Virus record (IMG/VR): IMGVR_UViG_3300029554_000001
From: a virus
DNA: 64,000 nt
Reading direction: 5' to 3' (one strand)
The notes under the pieces were generated by a model. That model was given only the letters and a program-made list of their open reading frames with translations, made no database searches and was not told the DNA's origin. Position numbers and translations under genes: made by a program. Shown in pieces: positions 1 through 10,992 of this stretch (the stretch's first letter is position 1; each line of letters begins with the position of its first letter).

Positions 1-1350
1 AAAACAGAAGAAGAAATAGAATTAGAACTAAATAAAGATGAAAATAAATCAATTAAAAAGAATTTAAAATATTATAAGAATTTTGATGGATTTAAAATTG
101 GTTTAGGAAATGAAATTTATTTAGTAGATAGACCTATCGAAGATGAAAAAATTAGCAAGTTTTTTCACTTTATTTTAATTGCAAAAGATAAAAAGGGTTA
201 TGAACAAATAAAAAGAATTTCTTCTGATAGCGCTTGGAAAAATTGGTATCGTTCTGGAATAATGGAAAGAGTTCCGACTTATAAAGATGAACTTGAGTCT
301 ATTATTGGGGATGAAAAAGGTCATATTATAGCACAATCTGCGTGTTTAGGTTCAGAATTGGATAATTTAATTCTTGAATATTTAAATACGAACGATAAAA
401 GTATTAAACAAAAAATTGACGCTTTTATTAAATGGTGTATAAAAATATTCGGAAAAGAAAATTTTTATTTGGAAATTCAACCTTGTGTAATTAAACAAGA
501 CAAAGATGGAAACAATTTACCACATGAACAAGCAATGGTAAATCAATTTATGTTTGTTTTAAGTAAAGCTTATGGATTGAAAGTCATTTGTAGTACTGAT
601 AGCCATTATTTAACAAAAAATGATGCAAAAATTCATGAGGCATATTTAAAAGCAGATGACAATGAAAAATCTCGTAACAGAGAAGTGGCTAGTTTTTATG
701 AAACGACTTATATGTTTTCTATAAGTGAACTAGTAGAAACGCTGTCATATCATTTAACAATTGACCAAATTAAAGAAGCTTTAATAAATACTCAACGTAT
801 TTATGATAGTATTGAAGTCTTTGATTTATATCACTCCACTATTGTTCCTACTGATAAAAAGATTCCTCCATTTAAGGTAAAGCATATTTTTAAAGATTGG
901 TATGATAAATATGAATATTTAAAAAAGTATGCCGAATCTGAGGATAAACAAGACCAGTATTTGCTTTATTTGGTAGAACAAGGGTTTGAAAAGAAAAAAC
1001 AATGGGGAGATTCCTCTTATCATTTTGCCACTTATGATGAAAATGGTAAAATTATAGAAGAACATGATAAAATAGTAACTCAAGAAGAAAAAATTGCTCG
1101 TATTAATGAAGAGTTTAGTAGCTTTTGGCAAATTTCTGAGCGTTTAAATCAAAAATTATCTGCATATTATGTACTTGTTAGAGGATTGGTACATGAAGTT
1201 ATGTGGAAAGTTTCTTTTGTTGGTGTTGCGCGTGGTTCAGCAGGGGGTAGTTATATTTGCTATCTTTCTGAAATTACTCAAATTAATCCTCTAAAATATG
1301 ACTTGCCTTTCTGGAGACATAGTTCTCCTTTAAGACCAGAGTTGCCAGAT
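1..1350 (+). CDS. DNA polymerase III alpha-type (DnaE/PolC-like) replicase, exon 1; 5' end outside window
   Basis: Frame 1 is open from nt 1. HFILIAKDKKGYEQIKRISS and FWRHSSPLRPELPD match the DnaE PHP-to-palm region. The ORF is cut exactly at the PD|IDVD catalytic motif; the TAA at 1351 is intronic. Confidence 0.85.
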
Positions 1351-2053
1351 TAAATTATTCTAACATTTATTTAAATATTTTAATGAAAGGGGGAATTATG
1401 AGCGTAGAAATAATAAAAGAAAAAGGAAAATATATTTTTAATCAAGAAGCTATTGATTGTGTTGTTAAAAAGTATCAAGAACATAAAGGGTCTGTTACAA
1501 TATAGAAAGAATTAAAAACAGAGTATAATATAGATGTTAGTATTCATGGTATTTATTTAATTTTACATAATAGAGTAGAAATTAGAGATGACCGTGAATA
1601 GGCTTTAAAATATACTTGCGATGATAATTTCTTTAAAGAAATAGATACAGAAGAAAAAGCTTATTGGTTATAAATAGGTTTTAAGATTAGTAACTTTACT
1701 TTATAAAGACGCTACTATTTATTTGGATAGAAAATATGAAAAATATTTAAAAATGTTAGAAATTAGTCGAGAACAGCAGTAATGTTGTTTGTTAAGTCCT
1801 GTAAACCTAAATTGCAATAGGGTGTGCAGAAATGTGCTAACGGTGAAAGCCTACAGTTAAAATAACCATGGTAATACCGTGCCAAGCTTATATGTAAATA
1901 TATGAAGGTGTAACGACTAGCCCAAAGGGGCGTAGGGTGGAGAAGCTGCCACTCGAAAGACGGATACCCTAATAGTTCGGCTAAGGGTAAAAAGATAGTC
2001 TACTCCGACTCTGAATAGAGTGTTAAAGTATTAGGAAACTAACGGTAGTAAGG
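1351..2053 (+). mobile_element. Group I self-splicing intron (T4 td-like, IA2-type) interrupting the polymerase gene
   Basis: Exon 1 ends in U (..CCAGAU) and the intron ends in G (..GUAAGG). Exons rejoin in frame to give PD-IDVD. The 3' core UAACGACUAGCCCAAAGGGGCGUAGGGU...CUCGAAAGACGGAUA closely resembles my memory of the td intron P7-P9 region (UAACGACUAUCCCUUUGGGGAGUAGGGU...CUCGAAACGAUAGA). The GC-richer block 1790-2053 has no ORF. Confidence 0.75.
1398..1673 (+). pseudogene. Truncated LAGLIDADG-type homing endonuclease remnant inside the intron (2 in-frame TAG)
   Basis: RBS GAAAGGGGG precedes ATG 1398. The ORF ends at ..DTEEKAYWL-TAA, just where the LAGLIDADG helix (AYWLGf..DG) should begin. 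Out-of-frame fragments follow (IGFKISNFTL, KDATIYLDRKYEKYLKML). Confidence 0.5.
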
Positions 2054-4642
2054 ATTGATGTAGATAGTGAGGCTTTAAAACGACCACTTATTTTCCAAAA
2101 TATGCATGATTATTATGGAGATGAGAATGTTTTAAATACTCTTACTTTAAAAACAGAGGGAACAAAATCTACAATTTTAGTGTGTGCTAAAGGGTTTGGA
2201 ATAAATAATGATGATGCACAACATTTGGCAGATTTGGTTCCTTTTGAAAGAGGTTCAAACTGGTCATTAAAAGATTGTTTTTACGGGAATGAAGAAAATG
2301 GTAGAATGCCTGTAAAAGAATTTATTAATGAAGTAAATAAGTACGAAGGGTTGAAAGATACTCTTTTTAAGATTGAAGGACTTATTTGTGGTAGGTCTAT
2401 TCATGCTTCGGCATCTTATATTTTTGATGCTGGATATATTGTTCAAAATAGCAAAATGAGAGCGCCGAATGGTACAACTATCACTGCCTATAATATGGAA
2501 GATTCAGATTATATGGGTGGTTTGAAGATAGACACTTTGACTATTGAAATGCTAGATAAGTTACATACAGCAATAGATTTGCTAATTGAAGCAAAAATAA
2601 TTGAAGATAAAGGAAGTTATAAAGCTAATTATGATACTTATCTTCATCCTGATGTGCTTGATTATAATGATTATAAAATGTGGAATTTGTTAGACAAAAA
2701 CCAAATTTTAGATGCATTTCAATTTGATAGTGCAATGGGACAACAAGTTATTACAAAAACTCAACCTCGTTCTATGTTAGAACTTTCTACAGCTAATAGC
2801 TTAATGAGACTTATGGCGCAAGAAGGTGCAACAGAAGCCCCTATGGATACTTATCGTCGTTATAAAAATAATATTCAATTATGGTATAACGAAATGAAAG
2901 AAAATAAATTATCCAACCATGAGCAAGAAATTATGAAGAAACATTTAGGTAAACTTTATGGGGTTGCTGATACTCAGGAAAGTATTATGGAAATGAGTAT
3001 GGACCCTGAAATAAGCGGGTTTGATGTAGTTCTTGCGAATAAGCTTAGAAAATCGGTGGCCAAAAAAAAGAAAGATTTGATTGCTGCTGTTCATGAAAAA
3101 TTTTACAAAAAGGGCGCAGAATTAGGCACTTCAAAAGAACTGCTTAATTATGTTTGGGATGTACAAATTAAAAGACAGCTCGGATATTCTTTTTCAAAAA
3201 ACCATTGTATGCCCTATACAGCCATTTGTCTTCAGTGTATGAACATTGTACAAAAATATGGGGCGTTATATTGGAATTGCGCTTGTTTAATTGTTAATAG
3301 TGGAAGTACAGATGAAGAAAATGTTGATAACAATAGTGGCGTTAACTACGGTAGAATTGCTAAAGCTATGGGCAATATGATTAATGCTGGCATTAAAATT
3401 TCTTTACCTGATATTAATCGTGCTCGTTTTGGTTTTTACCCTGACAAAGACAGCAATGAAATTATTTATGGCTTAAGACCTATTCAGGGATTAGGAGGGA
3501 AAATAGCTAAAGCAATCGTAGATAACAGACCTTATGCCTCAGTTGAAGATTTTTATTCTAAAATGCAAGAATTTAAAGAGTCTGCAAAAGAGAATAAGTT
3601 TGGCGATACGGCTATGATTTCTCTTATCAAAGCGCGGTGTTTTGATAATCTTGAGAAAAAAGATAGAAGAGCAATTATGGAAGGCTTTATTAGGATTATT
3701 TCAAGTCCTGTTAAGTCTCTTAGTATGCCAAATATAGAAGATTTGGCAAATCTTGATTTATTAACTGAAAATCAAAAAAAGTTTGAATTAAGATTATATA
3801 GATTTAGAAACTATGTTTTCCAGAAAAAATTCTTTTATAAACAAATAGGTAAAAGTGCAAGTACAGCTTATTATATCCTTGAAAATAAATTTGCATGGCC
3901 ATTCTTTGAAAAATATTTCCTTAATGACATGATTGATAAAAAAGATTACGACTGGAGCGATGAGGGACAAAGAGTTGTTAAAAGAGGTAGTTTAGACCGA
4001 GTTTTTAATAAACTCATGGCAGATTTTAAAGATGATGTCTTAAGTGACCCTAAAATGCTTGCGGCTGTAAATGAAGCAAAATTTAAGATGGTATGGGATG
4101 AAAAAGCGACGGGGAATCTGTCTAAATGGGAAATGGATTCTATGTGTTATTATTATCATTCTCATGAGTTGTCAAAAGTAAATAAAGAAAAATATAATAT
4201 AATTAATTTTGAGGATTTGCCTCCTGATGGACCAGTTGTTCAAACTTACCTGTATAGAGGACAAGAAAAGAGTCGTTTTGCATTAAGTAGGATTTGTGGA
4301 ACTGTATTGGATAAAAATAAAAATAAGAATACTGTTGATTTATTAACTCCAACAGGGGTAGTAACTTTAAAATTTTATAAAGGTGCTTTTAATTTTTACG
4401 ATAGGCAATTGTCGAAAGATAATGAAGATGGAACAAAGACCGTAATTGAAAAGTCTTGGTTTTCCAGAGGTAATAAGTTATTGATTACTGGTTATAGACG
4501 TGATACACAATTTGTTCCTCGTAAATATTCTGACAGTTTATATAAACATTCTGTTCAATTAATTAAAAGTATTGATGATAATGGCGAGTTAGTTTTAACA
4601 TCGGATAGAGCGGATAAAGAAAGGGAGGAAAATGAGTTCTGA
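2054..4642 (+). CDS. DNA polymerase III alpha-type replicase, exon 2
   Basis: In frame with exon 1 after intron removal (IDVDSEALKRPLIFQNMHDYYG matches DnaE DxDF....YG). An 860-codon ORF ending in TGA. Confidence 0.85.
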   Translation: MDVDSEALKRPLIFQNMHDYYGDENVLNTLTLKTEGTKSTILVCAKGFGINNDDAQHLADLVPFERGSNWSLKDCFYGNEENGRMPVKEFINEVNKYEGLKDTLFKIEGLICGRSIHASASYIFDAGYIVQNSKMRAPNGTTITAYNMEDSDYMGGLKIDTLTIEMLDKLHTAIDLLIEAKIIEDKGSYKANYDTYLHPDVLDYNDYKMWNLLDKNQILDAFQFDSAMGQQVITKTQPRSMLELSTANSLMRLMAQEGATEAPMDTYRRYKNNIQLWYNEMKENKLSNHEQEIMKKHLGKLYGVADTQESIMEMSMDPEISGFDVVLANKLRKSVAKKKKDLIAAVHEKFYKKGAELGTSKELLNYVWDVQIKRQLGYSFSKNHCMPYTAICLQCMNIVQKYGALYWNCACLIVNSGSTDEENVDNNSGVNYGRIAKAMGNMINAGIKISLPDINRARFGFYPDKDSNEIIYGLRPIQGLGGKIAKAIVDNRPYASVEDFYSKMQEFKESAKENKFGDTAMISLIKARCFDNLEKKDRRAIMEGFIRIISSPVKSLSMPNIEDLANLDLLTENQKKFELRLYRFRNYVFQKKFFYKQIGKSASTAYYILENKFAWPFFEKYFLNDMIDKKDYDWSDEGQRVVKRGSLDRVFNKLMADFKDDVLSDPKMLAAVNEAKFKMVWDEKATGNLSKWEMDSMCYYYHSHELSKVNKEKYNIINFEDLPPDGPVVQTYLYRGQEKSRFALSRICGTVLDKNKNKNTVDLLTPTGVVTLKFYKGAFNFYDRQLSKDNEDGTKTVIEKSWFSRGNKLLITGYRRDTQFVPRKYSDSLYKHSVQLIKSIDDNGELVLTSDRADKEREENEF

Positions 4643-7097
4643 ATTCGTTGAAGAAAAATTCATAAAGATAAAAGCGTCTCATTCTAAGACCCTTTATCCG
4701 AGTGCTGGAATTGGGTCAGACGGTAAAAATTGGGGAATAGTTTCTTGGAATATTCTTGAGGTAGAACAAGGGACTCCTACCATGAGTGTTTATGGTGAAG
4801 TTACTTTTACGGGAGAATACACAGATGGAATTGACCCCAATTCTGCCTATGTGTTATTAGGCAAAGAGGTTGAGCATCCCAAATATGGTGTTCAATATCA
4901 ATTAATTTATTATAATAAAGATATTGATTTTTCTAACCAGAAGAATCAAAGAGCTTTTTTAAGAACTTTTTTATCAGAAGGTCAAATGGATGAGTTGTTT
5001 GCTGTATGCGATGACCCATTACAAGCTATTGCAGACCATGATATAGAAACTTTAAAGAAAGCTAAAGGTATTGGAGATTATATTTCTAATTGTATTATTG
5101 AGCGTTTCGAAGCCAGTAAAGATATGTCTACTGTATATTTAGAGCTTGATAAGGTTGGTTTTTCTCCAAACTTTATTTCTAAACTAATTGAAAAATATAA
5201 AGCTCCACAAAAGGTAATTGATATTGTAAAAAACAATCCTTATCAGTTAGTAAAAGATATTAAAGGAGTAGGATTTTTTACTGCGGATAAAGTGGCTTTA
5301 AGGTCAGGTTATAAAACTTATGACACAAAGAGAATTAAATCTTATATCTTATGGTATCTTGATGCCCAAGGAGAAGAAGGCCATTCTTGGGTGTCCGCTG
5401 GTGAATTAATGGGCTCGTTATATGAAGACCTTGGCGGAAAACAAAGTTTAATAGTAGAAGATGAAGATGGTAATCTTGTAAACAATGTTGGTAAAGCTAT
5501 TAAAGAACTTCAAGATGAGGAGTTAATTCGTGTTGAAGAGGGCGATACTAAATCAGGTCGAAGAGTTTATTTAATGAGCTTTTGGAATCTTGAAAAAGAT
5601 ATTGCTTATCATCTTAAAAGATTACTTCAAGGTAATAATTATTTTGTTGCTAATGATTTTGAAGAGAAAATAAAAAGAGCAGAAGAGAAACAAGGTTTTC
5701 AGTTTACTCAAGAGCAAATAGACGGAATTAAGCTGGGAATTGAAAAACAAGTTTGCGTAATTTCTGGTTTAGCTGGTTCTGGTAAAAGTTCGTTAGTTAC
5801 AGGTATTTTATCTGTACTTGATGAATATACTTTTGCTCAATGTGCTTTAAGTGGTAAAGCGGCGGCAAGATTACAAGAAGTTACTGGCAAAGAAGGTTTT
5901 ACTATTCACCGACTTCTTGGATATACTGGTGGTTGTGGTTTTTCTTATGGAGAAGATAATCCATTACCTTATGATATCATTATTTTAGATGAAGTTAGTA
6001 TGGTGGGTGGAGAAATTTTTCTCGATTTAATTAGAGCAATTCCCACAGGCAGTAAACTTTTAATGCTTGGTGATATGGGACAGCTTGAATCTATTGGTTC
6101 TCTTAATTTAGCTGCGGATATGATTAATAGCAAAGAAATTCCTACTGTTGAACTTAAAGAAGTACATAGACAAGCAAAGGCTTCTGGTATTTTAACTACC
6201 GCTTATAATGTAAGAAATGGTATTCAATTATATCAAGATACTGATTATGAAGGTGTTGAAATTCGCGGAGAACTGAAAGATATGGTACTTGATATTAGAA
6301 ATGAAAAAGATGATGATAGAAAAGATACCATTGCTTATTTTGAAAAATATTTTAATAGCCCTCTTGTAAATGGTGACATTGAAAAAATTCAAATTATTTC
6401 TCCTGTGAAAGAACGTGGAGATGCTTGTGTTCACAATTTAAATCTTGATATTCAAAAATTAATTAATCCTGTTGATTTGAATGAATCTCGTCCAAGAATT
6501 TACGTTCAAAAGATGAAAGATGCTTCTGGAAATGACAGGTCTTTTTGGATTCAAGAAGGTGATAAAGTAATGTGTATTAAAAACAATTATAAAGTTTTTG
6601 ATACAAGTGGAGCACAAACAGCTATGTATAATGGGTGGACTGGTGTAGTTACAAGTATTGATTATGAAAATGCCATCGTTGATTTCGATTTAGGAGATGC
6701 ACCTATTATTTTAAAACACAAAGAAGTTAAGGAACATTTAATTCTAGGATATGCTTGTACTACTCATAAATATCAAGGTTCTGGTTGCCCTGTAATTATT
6801 GGAATAATAGATTATAGTACTCCTCCAATGATGCTTTGTCAGCAACAGATTTACACTTTATTAACCAGAGCTAAGAAATTGTGTGTACTTGTAGCTCAAA
6901 CTAAAGCCTTACGACGTTCTATTGATACAAATTTTGTTTCAACAAAAAGAACATTCCTACCTGAATTTTTGAAGTAGGAATACAGATAGCTTAGAGAATA
7001 GTATAATGTGCTTCATAGAAAAGAAGATGAAGAGCGTAGAACTTTAATTAGGCAACTAAAAGATTGGAAAGAAAAAGATGAAGTACAAGAGGAATAA
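4632..7097 (+). CDS. RecD/RecD2-like SF1 DNA helicase
   Basis: Walker A GLAGSGKSS, Walker B IIILDEVSMV, GDMGQLESIG, and C-terminal YACTTHKYQGSG / LLTRAKK. The track stop at 6975 is TAG. Reading 3 TAGs (6975, 6987, 6999) as sense extends 40 codons to TAA 7095-7097, which lies inside a terminator hairpin. Confidence 0.85.
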
Positions 7098-7111
7098 TTT
7101 TTATTATCCTC
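7089..7111 (+). terminator. Intrinsic terminator-like hairpin abutting the next promoter
   Basis: GAGGAATAAT-TTTT-ATTATCCTC, immediately followed by TTGACA. Confidence 0.55.
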
Positions 7112-7140
7112 TTGACAACTTCATTTGATTATGTTATTAT
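7112..7140 (+). promoter_or_regulatory. sigma70-like promoter
   Basis: TTGACA (7112-7117), 17 nt spacer, TATTAT (7135-7140). Confidence 0.6.
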
Positions 7141-7163
7141 ATGAATGATTCAAAGGAGTAACT

Positions 7164-7610
7164 ATGAATCGAGAAGAACGTAGAGCGGTTGTAAAGAAGC
7201 TCACTAAAAAAGGTTTAACAAAAGAAAGCGCTATTACTTTTGTTAAAAGAATGGACAGTATTACCACCAATCCCATTACTGCATGGGAGGGTGAAAAAGT
7301 AACTTTAGATTATAATCGAATTATTACCTATCCAGATTGGAAACAAATGAGAGAAGATTATAGAAATTGGGTTACTGAACACAAAAATGATATTTTTACA
7401 GTTGAGTTTGACTCTTTGAAAAAAGAAAGACAAACTGCTGATTATAATAGCCTTGTTCAATTTGTAGAAGATGAAACTAAACCAAAATGGCTGTTTTGGG
7501 CAGGAGATTTAATTCCTGTTGAGGGACAAACAAGACCTGATACTGATAAAGAAAAGTTAGTAAAAGAATTCAACGAGAAGATTGATAGTATTCTATCTAA
7601 GATGGAATAA
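7164..7610 (+). CDS. Hypothetical protein
   Basis: 148-codon ORF with RBS AAAGGAG upstream. No family recognised. Confidence 0.7.
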   Translation: MNREERRAVVKKLTKKGLTKESAITFVKRMDSITTNPITAWEGEKVTLDYNRIITYPDWKQMREDYRNWVTEHKNDIFTVEFDSLKKERQTADYNSLVQFVEDETKPKWLFWAGDLIPVEGQTRPDTDKEKLVKEFNEKIDSILSKME

Positions 7611-7621
7611 GGAGGACAAAA

Positions 7622-8587
7622 ATGGAACATACGAATTTTATGATGATGATTGGAGTTGTTGCAAGTGGTAAATCCACTCTTGCTCAAAATCTCAAAAATA
7701 TGCTGACTAAAATGGGTCAGCCTACAATGATTGTTTCATCGGATGAAATTCGTGAAACTGTTTTTGGAGATGTAAACGACCAGACTCATAATGACGAGGT
7801 TTTTAAGGAAGTTCGTCGCCGTATTAACAATTGCATTGATAAAATGAATGTTATTGTTGATGCAACTAATATTAATGTTAAATCTCGTAAGAGCTTGTTG
7901 GATATTGTTCGCAATAAGGAGAATGTTACTAAAGTAGCTTATGTTATGACTACTCCCGTTGCTGTTTGTAAAAGACAGAATAAAGCGAGAACTCGTACAG
8001 TTCCCGAAGAAGTTATTGACAGACAGATTGGCAAGTTTGAAATTCCTTTTTATGAAGAAGGTTTTGATACAATTAATTTAATTGGTTGGAATTTTAATCA
8101 GTTTGAAGTAATTGTCCCTCAGTCTAATTGGACTACTGATGATGATTATATTATGAGTTTGATGAAGGGCTTTGACCAGAAAACTTGTCATCATAAGTAC
8201 ACTTTAGATGAACATTGTAGAATTTGTGCCGAAGAAGTTGCTAAAAGAACTGATGATAAGATTCTTTATAGAGCTGCACAAATTCATGACTTAGGCAAGT
8301 TAACTACTGGACAGCCCAAGGAAGATGGTTCTGGAGATTATAGATATTATAGTCATCATAATGTAGGAACGTATGACCTTTTAGCAAATCTTGATTGTAT
8401 TGGATTTACTAACATGGACGATATCTTAAAATGTCTGTTTTATGTTAATTTTCATATGCTTCCATTCTTTCTTGAAACTGAAAAGTCTAAATCTAAATGG
8501 GAAAAGATTATGGGAAAAGAAAACCTTGATAAGCTTTTTTTGTTTAACGAATGCGATAAAATTGCAAGTGGGACTTCTGAAAAATAA
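7622..8587 (+). CDS. Polynucleotide kinase-like P-loop domain fused to an HD phosphohydrolase (RNA end-healing enzyme candidate)
   Basis: N-terminal GVVASGKST P-loop, SSDEIRE and DATN (Pnk/AAA_33-like). C-terminal HHKYTLDEHC...QIHDLGK...YYSHHNVG (HD motif). Sits directly upstream of the RNA ligase. Confidence 0.75.
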   Translation: MEHTNFMMMIGVVASGKSTLAQNLKNMLTKMGQPTMIVSSDEIRETVFGDVNDQTHNDEVFKEVRRRINNCIDKMNVIVDATNINVKSRKSLLDIVRNKENVTKVAYVMTTPVAVCKRQNKARTRTVPEEVIDRQIGKFEIPFYEEGFDTINLIGWNFNQFEVIVPQSNWTTDDDYIMSLMKGFDQKTCHHKYTLDEHCRICAEEVAKRTDDKILYRAAQIHDLGKLTTGQPKEDGSGDYRYYSHHNVGTYDLLANLDCIGFTNMDDILKCLFYVNFHMLPFFLETEKSKSKWEKIMGKENLDKLFLFNECDKIASGTSEK

Positions 8588-8622
8588 TTCAGAAGATAAA
8601 AATTAGTAAAGGAGAGTTTAAG

Positions 8623-9981
8623 ATGAATTTTCATTTTAAGAAAGAGTTTCTTTGGCATCCTCTTTATGAATATGTTATGACTGTTAAAAGAAAGTATATT
8701 CAATCTTATACTCTCCTTAACAACGAACCTTGTCCTGAAAATTACAATTTTAATGATTGGCTCGACAGAATTTTTGAGGCGTGGGAGAATATTACTCCTA
8801 AACTTAATGAAAAGTTGAGTAAGATTTTTGACCCTCTTCAGATTACTTGTTATGACCATTATGTACTTTTTAAGTATAAAGGTTTTATTGAATTGTCTGA
8901 TGATTATGATTTAAATTCTTTTTTTGAATTATATGATGGTCTTTATAGGGAATGTCGTTCTTGTGTCTTTGATTTAAAGAATGACGAAATTGCTTTGGCT
9001 TCTTTGGCAAAGTTTAAGAATTATGGCGAGGATGATGGTGATTGGTCTCCTAAAAAAATTAGGTCTAAATATCATTTTGCTCATGCAGTTTTTATTACTA
9101 ATAAACTTGATGGTTCTTATCAGCAATATAGATATATTGCAGAGGAAGACAGAATTTTAGGTTCTGGTTCTCAGGCATTAGACCCTGTAGAATCTTGGAG
9201 ACTTGCGGCGGGTTATAAACTTTTATCTGAGGGACAAAAAGAATTAATTAGGGATTACCCTGATTACACTTTTATTTTTGAATATATTTCTCCAAAAAAT
9301 CCCATTGTTGTTAAGTATGATGAATCTCAAGAAGGATTGTATTTACTTGCGGCAAGGGATGTTAAGGATGGCAAGGAAGTTTCTTTTGATATTCTTAGTG
9401 ACATGGCTGAGGAATATGATTCTAAAATGACTCAATGGTATTATAATGCTACTTTGTTTAGTGTTTTAGCCGATACCGATAATTATCTTTCTTCTGAAAA
9501 AGAAGGTTGGGTAGTTGATATGGTTGATGGATATAAAAATCATTTTAGATGCAAAATTAAAACATCAGATTATGTCTTGATACATAAAGCATTATCTAAA
9601 AATATATCTCCTAACGCAGTTATTAATGCTATTCATGAAGATAGATTTGATGACTTTTTAGCAAAGTGTCCTGAAGCGTATAGAGAATTAATTATGCAGT
9701 ATTATAATACTGTTCATGAATATCTTAATCTTTATAAAGAGCTTATTGATAAAATTTTAATTAAAGGAAATGCAGAATGTGTAGATTTTTGGAATGATAA
9801 AAAAGAAGCAATGCTTTGGATGGATAAACTTCCCAAAGTGTTAAAGGGCAGAACAAAGACCAAATATCTTGGACAGGAAAATGATTTCTTGTTAAAGAGA
9901 CAGTTTTGCTATAAATATTCTGAAATTACAAAAGCCCTACACAATTTAAAGCGTTTTAAAAATTCTATGGTGGAAGGGTAA
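8623..9981 (+). CDS. RNA ligase, T4 Rnl1-like family
   Basis: Nucleotidyltransferase motifs: I NKLDGS, III FIFEYISPKNPIVVKY, IV EGWVVDM, V RCKIKTSDY. Confidence 0.8.
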   Translation: MNFHFKKEFLWHPLYEYVMTVKRKYIQSYTLLNNEPCPENYNFNDWLDRIFEAWENITPKLNEKLSKIFDPLQITCYDHYVLFKYKGFIELSDDYDLNSFFELYDGLYRECRSCVFDLKNDEIALASLAKFKNYGEDDGDWSPKKIRSKYHFAHAVFITNKLDGSYQQYRYIAEEDRILGSGSQALDPVESWRLAAGYKLLSEGQKELIRDYPDYTFIFEYISPKNPIVVKYDESQEGLYLLAARDVKDGKEVSFDILSDMAEEYDSKMTQWYYNATLFSVLADTDNYLSSEKEGWVVDMVDGYKNHFRCKIKTSDYVLIHKALSKNISPNAVINAIHEDRFDDFLAKCPEAYRELIMQYYNTVHEYLNLYKELIDKILIKGNAECVDFWNDKKEAMLWMDKLPKVLKGRTKTKYLGQENDFLLKRQFCYKYSEITKALHNLKRFKNSMVEG

Positions 9982-9997
9982 CTTTCCACCATTTTTA
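9969..9997 (+). terminator. Intrinsic terminator
   Basis: GGTGGAA-loop-TTCCACC followed by ATTTTTAT. Confidence 0.65.
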
Positions 9998-10054
9998 TAT
10001 ATTATACAATAAAACAGAAACAAATTAAAATTAAACAAAAAAGGATTGACAAAT

Positions 10055-10528
10055 ATGGATGTAAAGATTAAATTGCTGTCTAAGACAGCTAAAATGCCTA
10101 CTAAGGCGCACGAGACTGATGCTTGCTTCGACCTTTATGCTGATTGTCCTGATGATAGTTATTATAGTTGGGATGTTCAGAAAGATGTTGCAGGAATCAA
10201 GATTCGTCCTCACGAAACGGTAAAGGTAAAGACTGGTATTGCAACGGCAATTCCTGTTGGATATTGGGGTGCTGTCTTTGCTCGTAGTGGGTTGGCTACA
10301 AAGCAAAGTTTGCGTCCTGCAAATTGCGTTGGAGTAATTGATGCAGATTATCGTGGTGAATGGATTGTTGCTCTTCATAATGATAGTACTGAAACACAAA
10401 TTATTAGACACGGAGATAGGATTGCTCAAGCTATGATTCTTCCTGTGCTTCCCACTACTTTTGAACAAGTAGAAGAACTTCCCGATACTGAGCGCGGCGC
10501 TGGCGGATTTGGAAGTTCTGGTAATTAA
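10055..10528 (+). CDS. dut: dUTP diphosphatase
   Basis: ACFDLYA, ARSGLA, GVIDADYRGEW and C-terminal RGAGGFGSSG dUTPase motifs. ATG 10055 follows AAGGA. Confidence 0.9.
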   Translation: MDVKIKLLSKTAKMPTKAHETDACFDLYADCPDDSYYSWDVQKDVAGIKIRPHETVKVKTGIATAIPVGYWGAVFARSGLATKQSLRPANCVGVIDADYRGEWIVALHNDSTETQIIRHGDRIAQAMILPVLPTTFEQVEELPDTERGAGGFGSSGN

Positions 10529-10546
10529 AATTTAAAGGAGAAAGTT

Positions 10547-10990
10547 ATGTAGGATTTTTGGAAATTAGCCTTAGAAAATCTTTTGGCAGCTTTGGTGGGA
10601 TTTTCTATTTTTGGCATGGCATATCTTTCTAATGTTAGTTTCTCTTTGTATTATAATATTAAAATTGCAGGAGAGACTTTTGAAAAACAAAGATTAATAA
10701 ATAGCCTTTATAAAATTTTAGCTTTTGCGGGTGGTACAATGTTACTTGTACTTTCTACCTCTTTAATTATTCCTTGGGCAAACAAAAACAATCTTCCTAT
10801 TCCTGCTGAATATAGTACTGTTATTTCAACAGTGGCAACTTTAGGAGTATGTTTATCTGGTTCTTTGAAATATATTTTAGAAGCTTTTAATAAGATGAAG
10901 AAAATTCTGGCTATTAAAGATGAAAATAATACTATTGAAACAGCAAGAGCAAATGCTCTGAAATCTAATAAAGATGTAGAGGGAGAGTAA
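10547..10990 (+). CDS. Membrane protein (TAG as codon 2)
   Basis: RBS AAAGGAG then ATG 10547, with TAG at 10550 in frame with the track ORF at 10583. Multiple hydrophobic helices. Confidence 0.6.
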
Positions 10991-10992
10991 TT

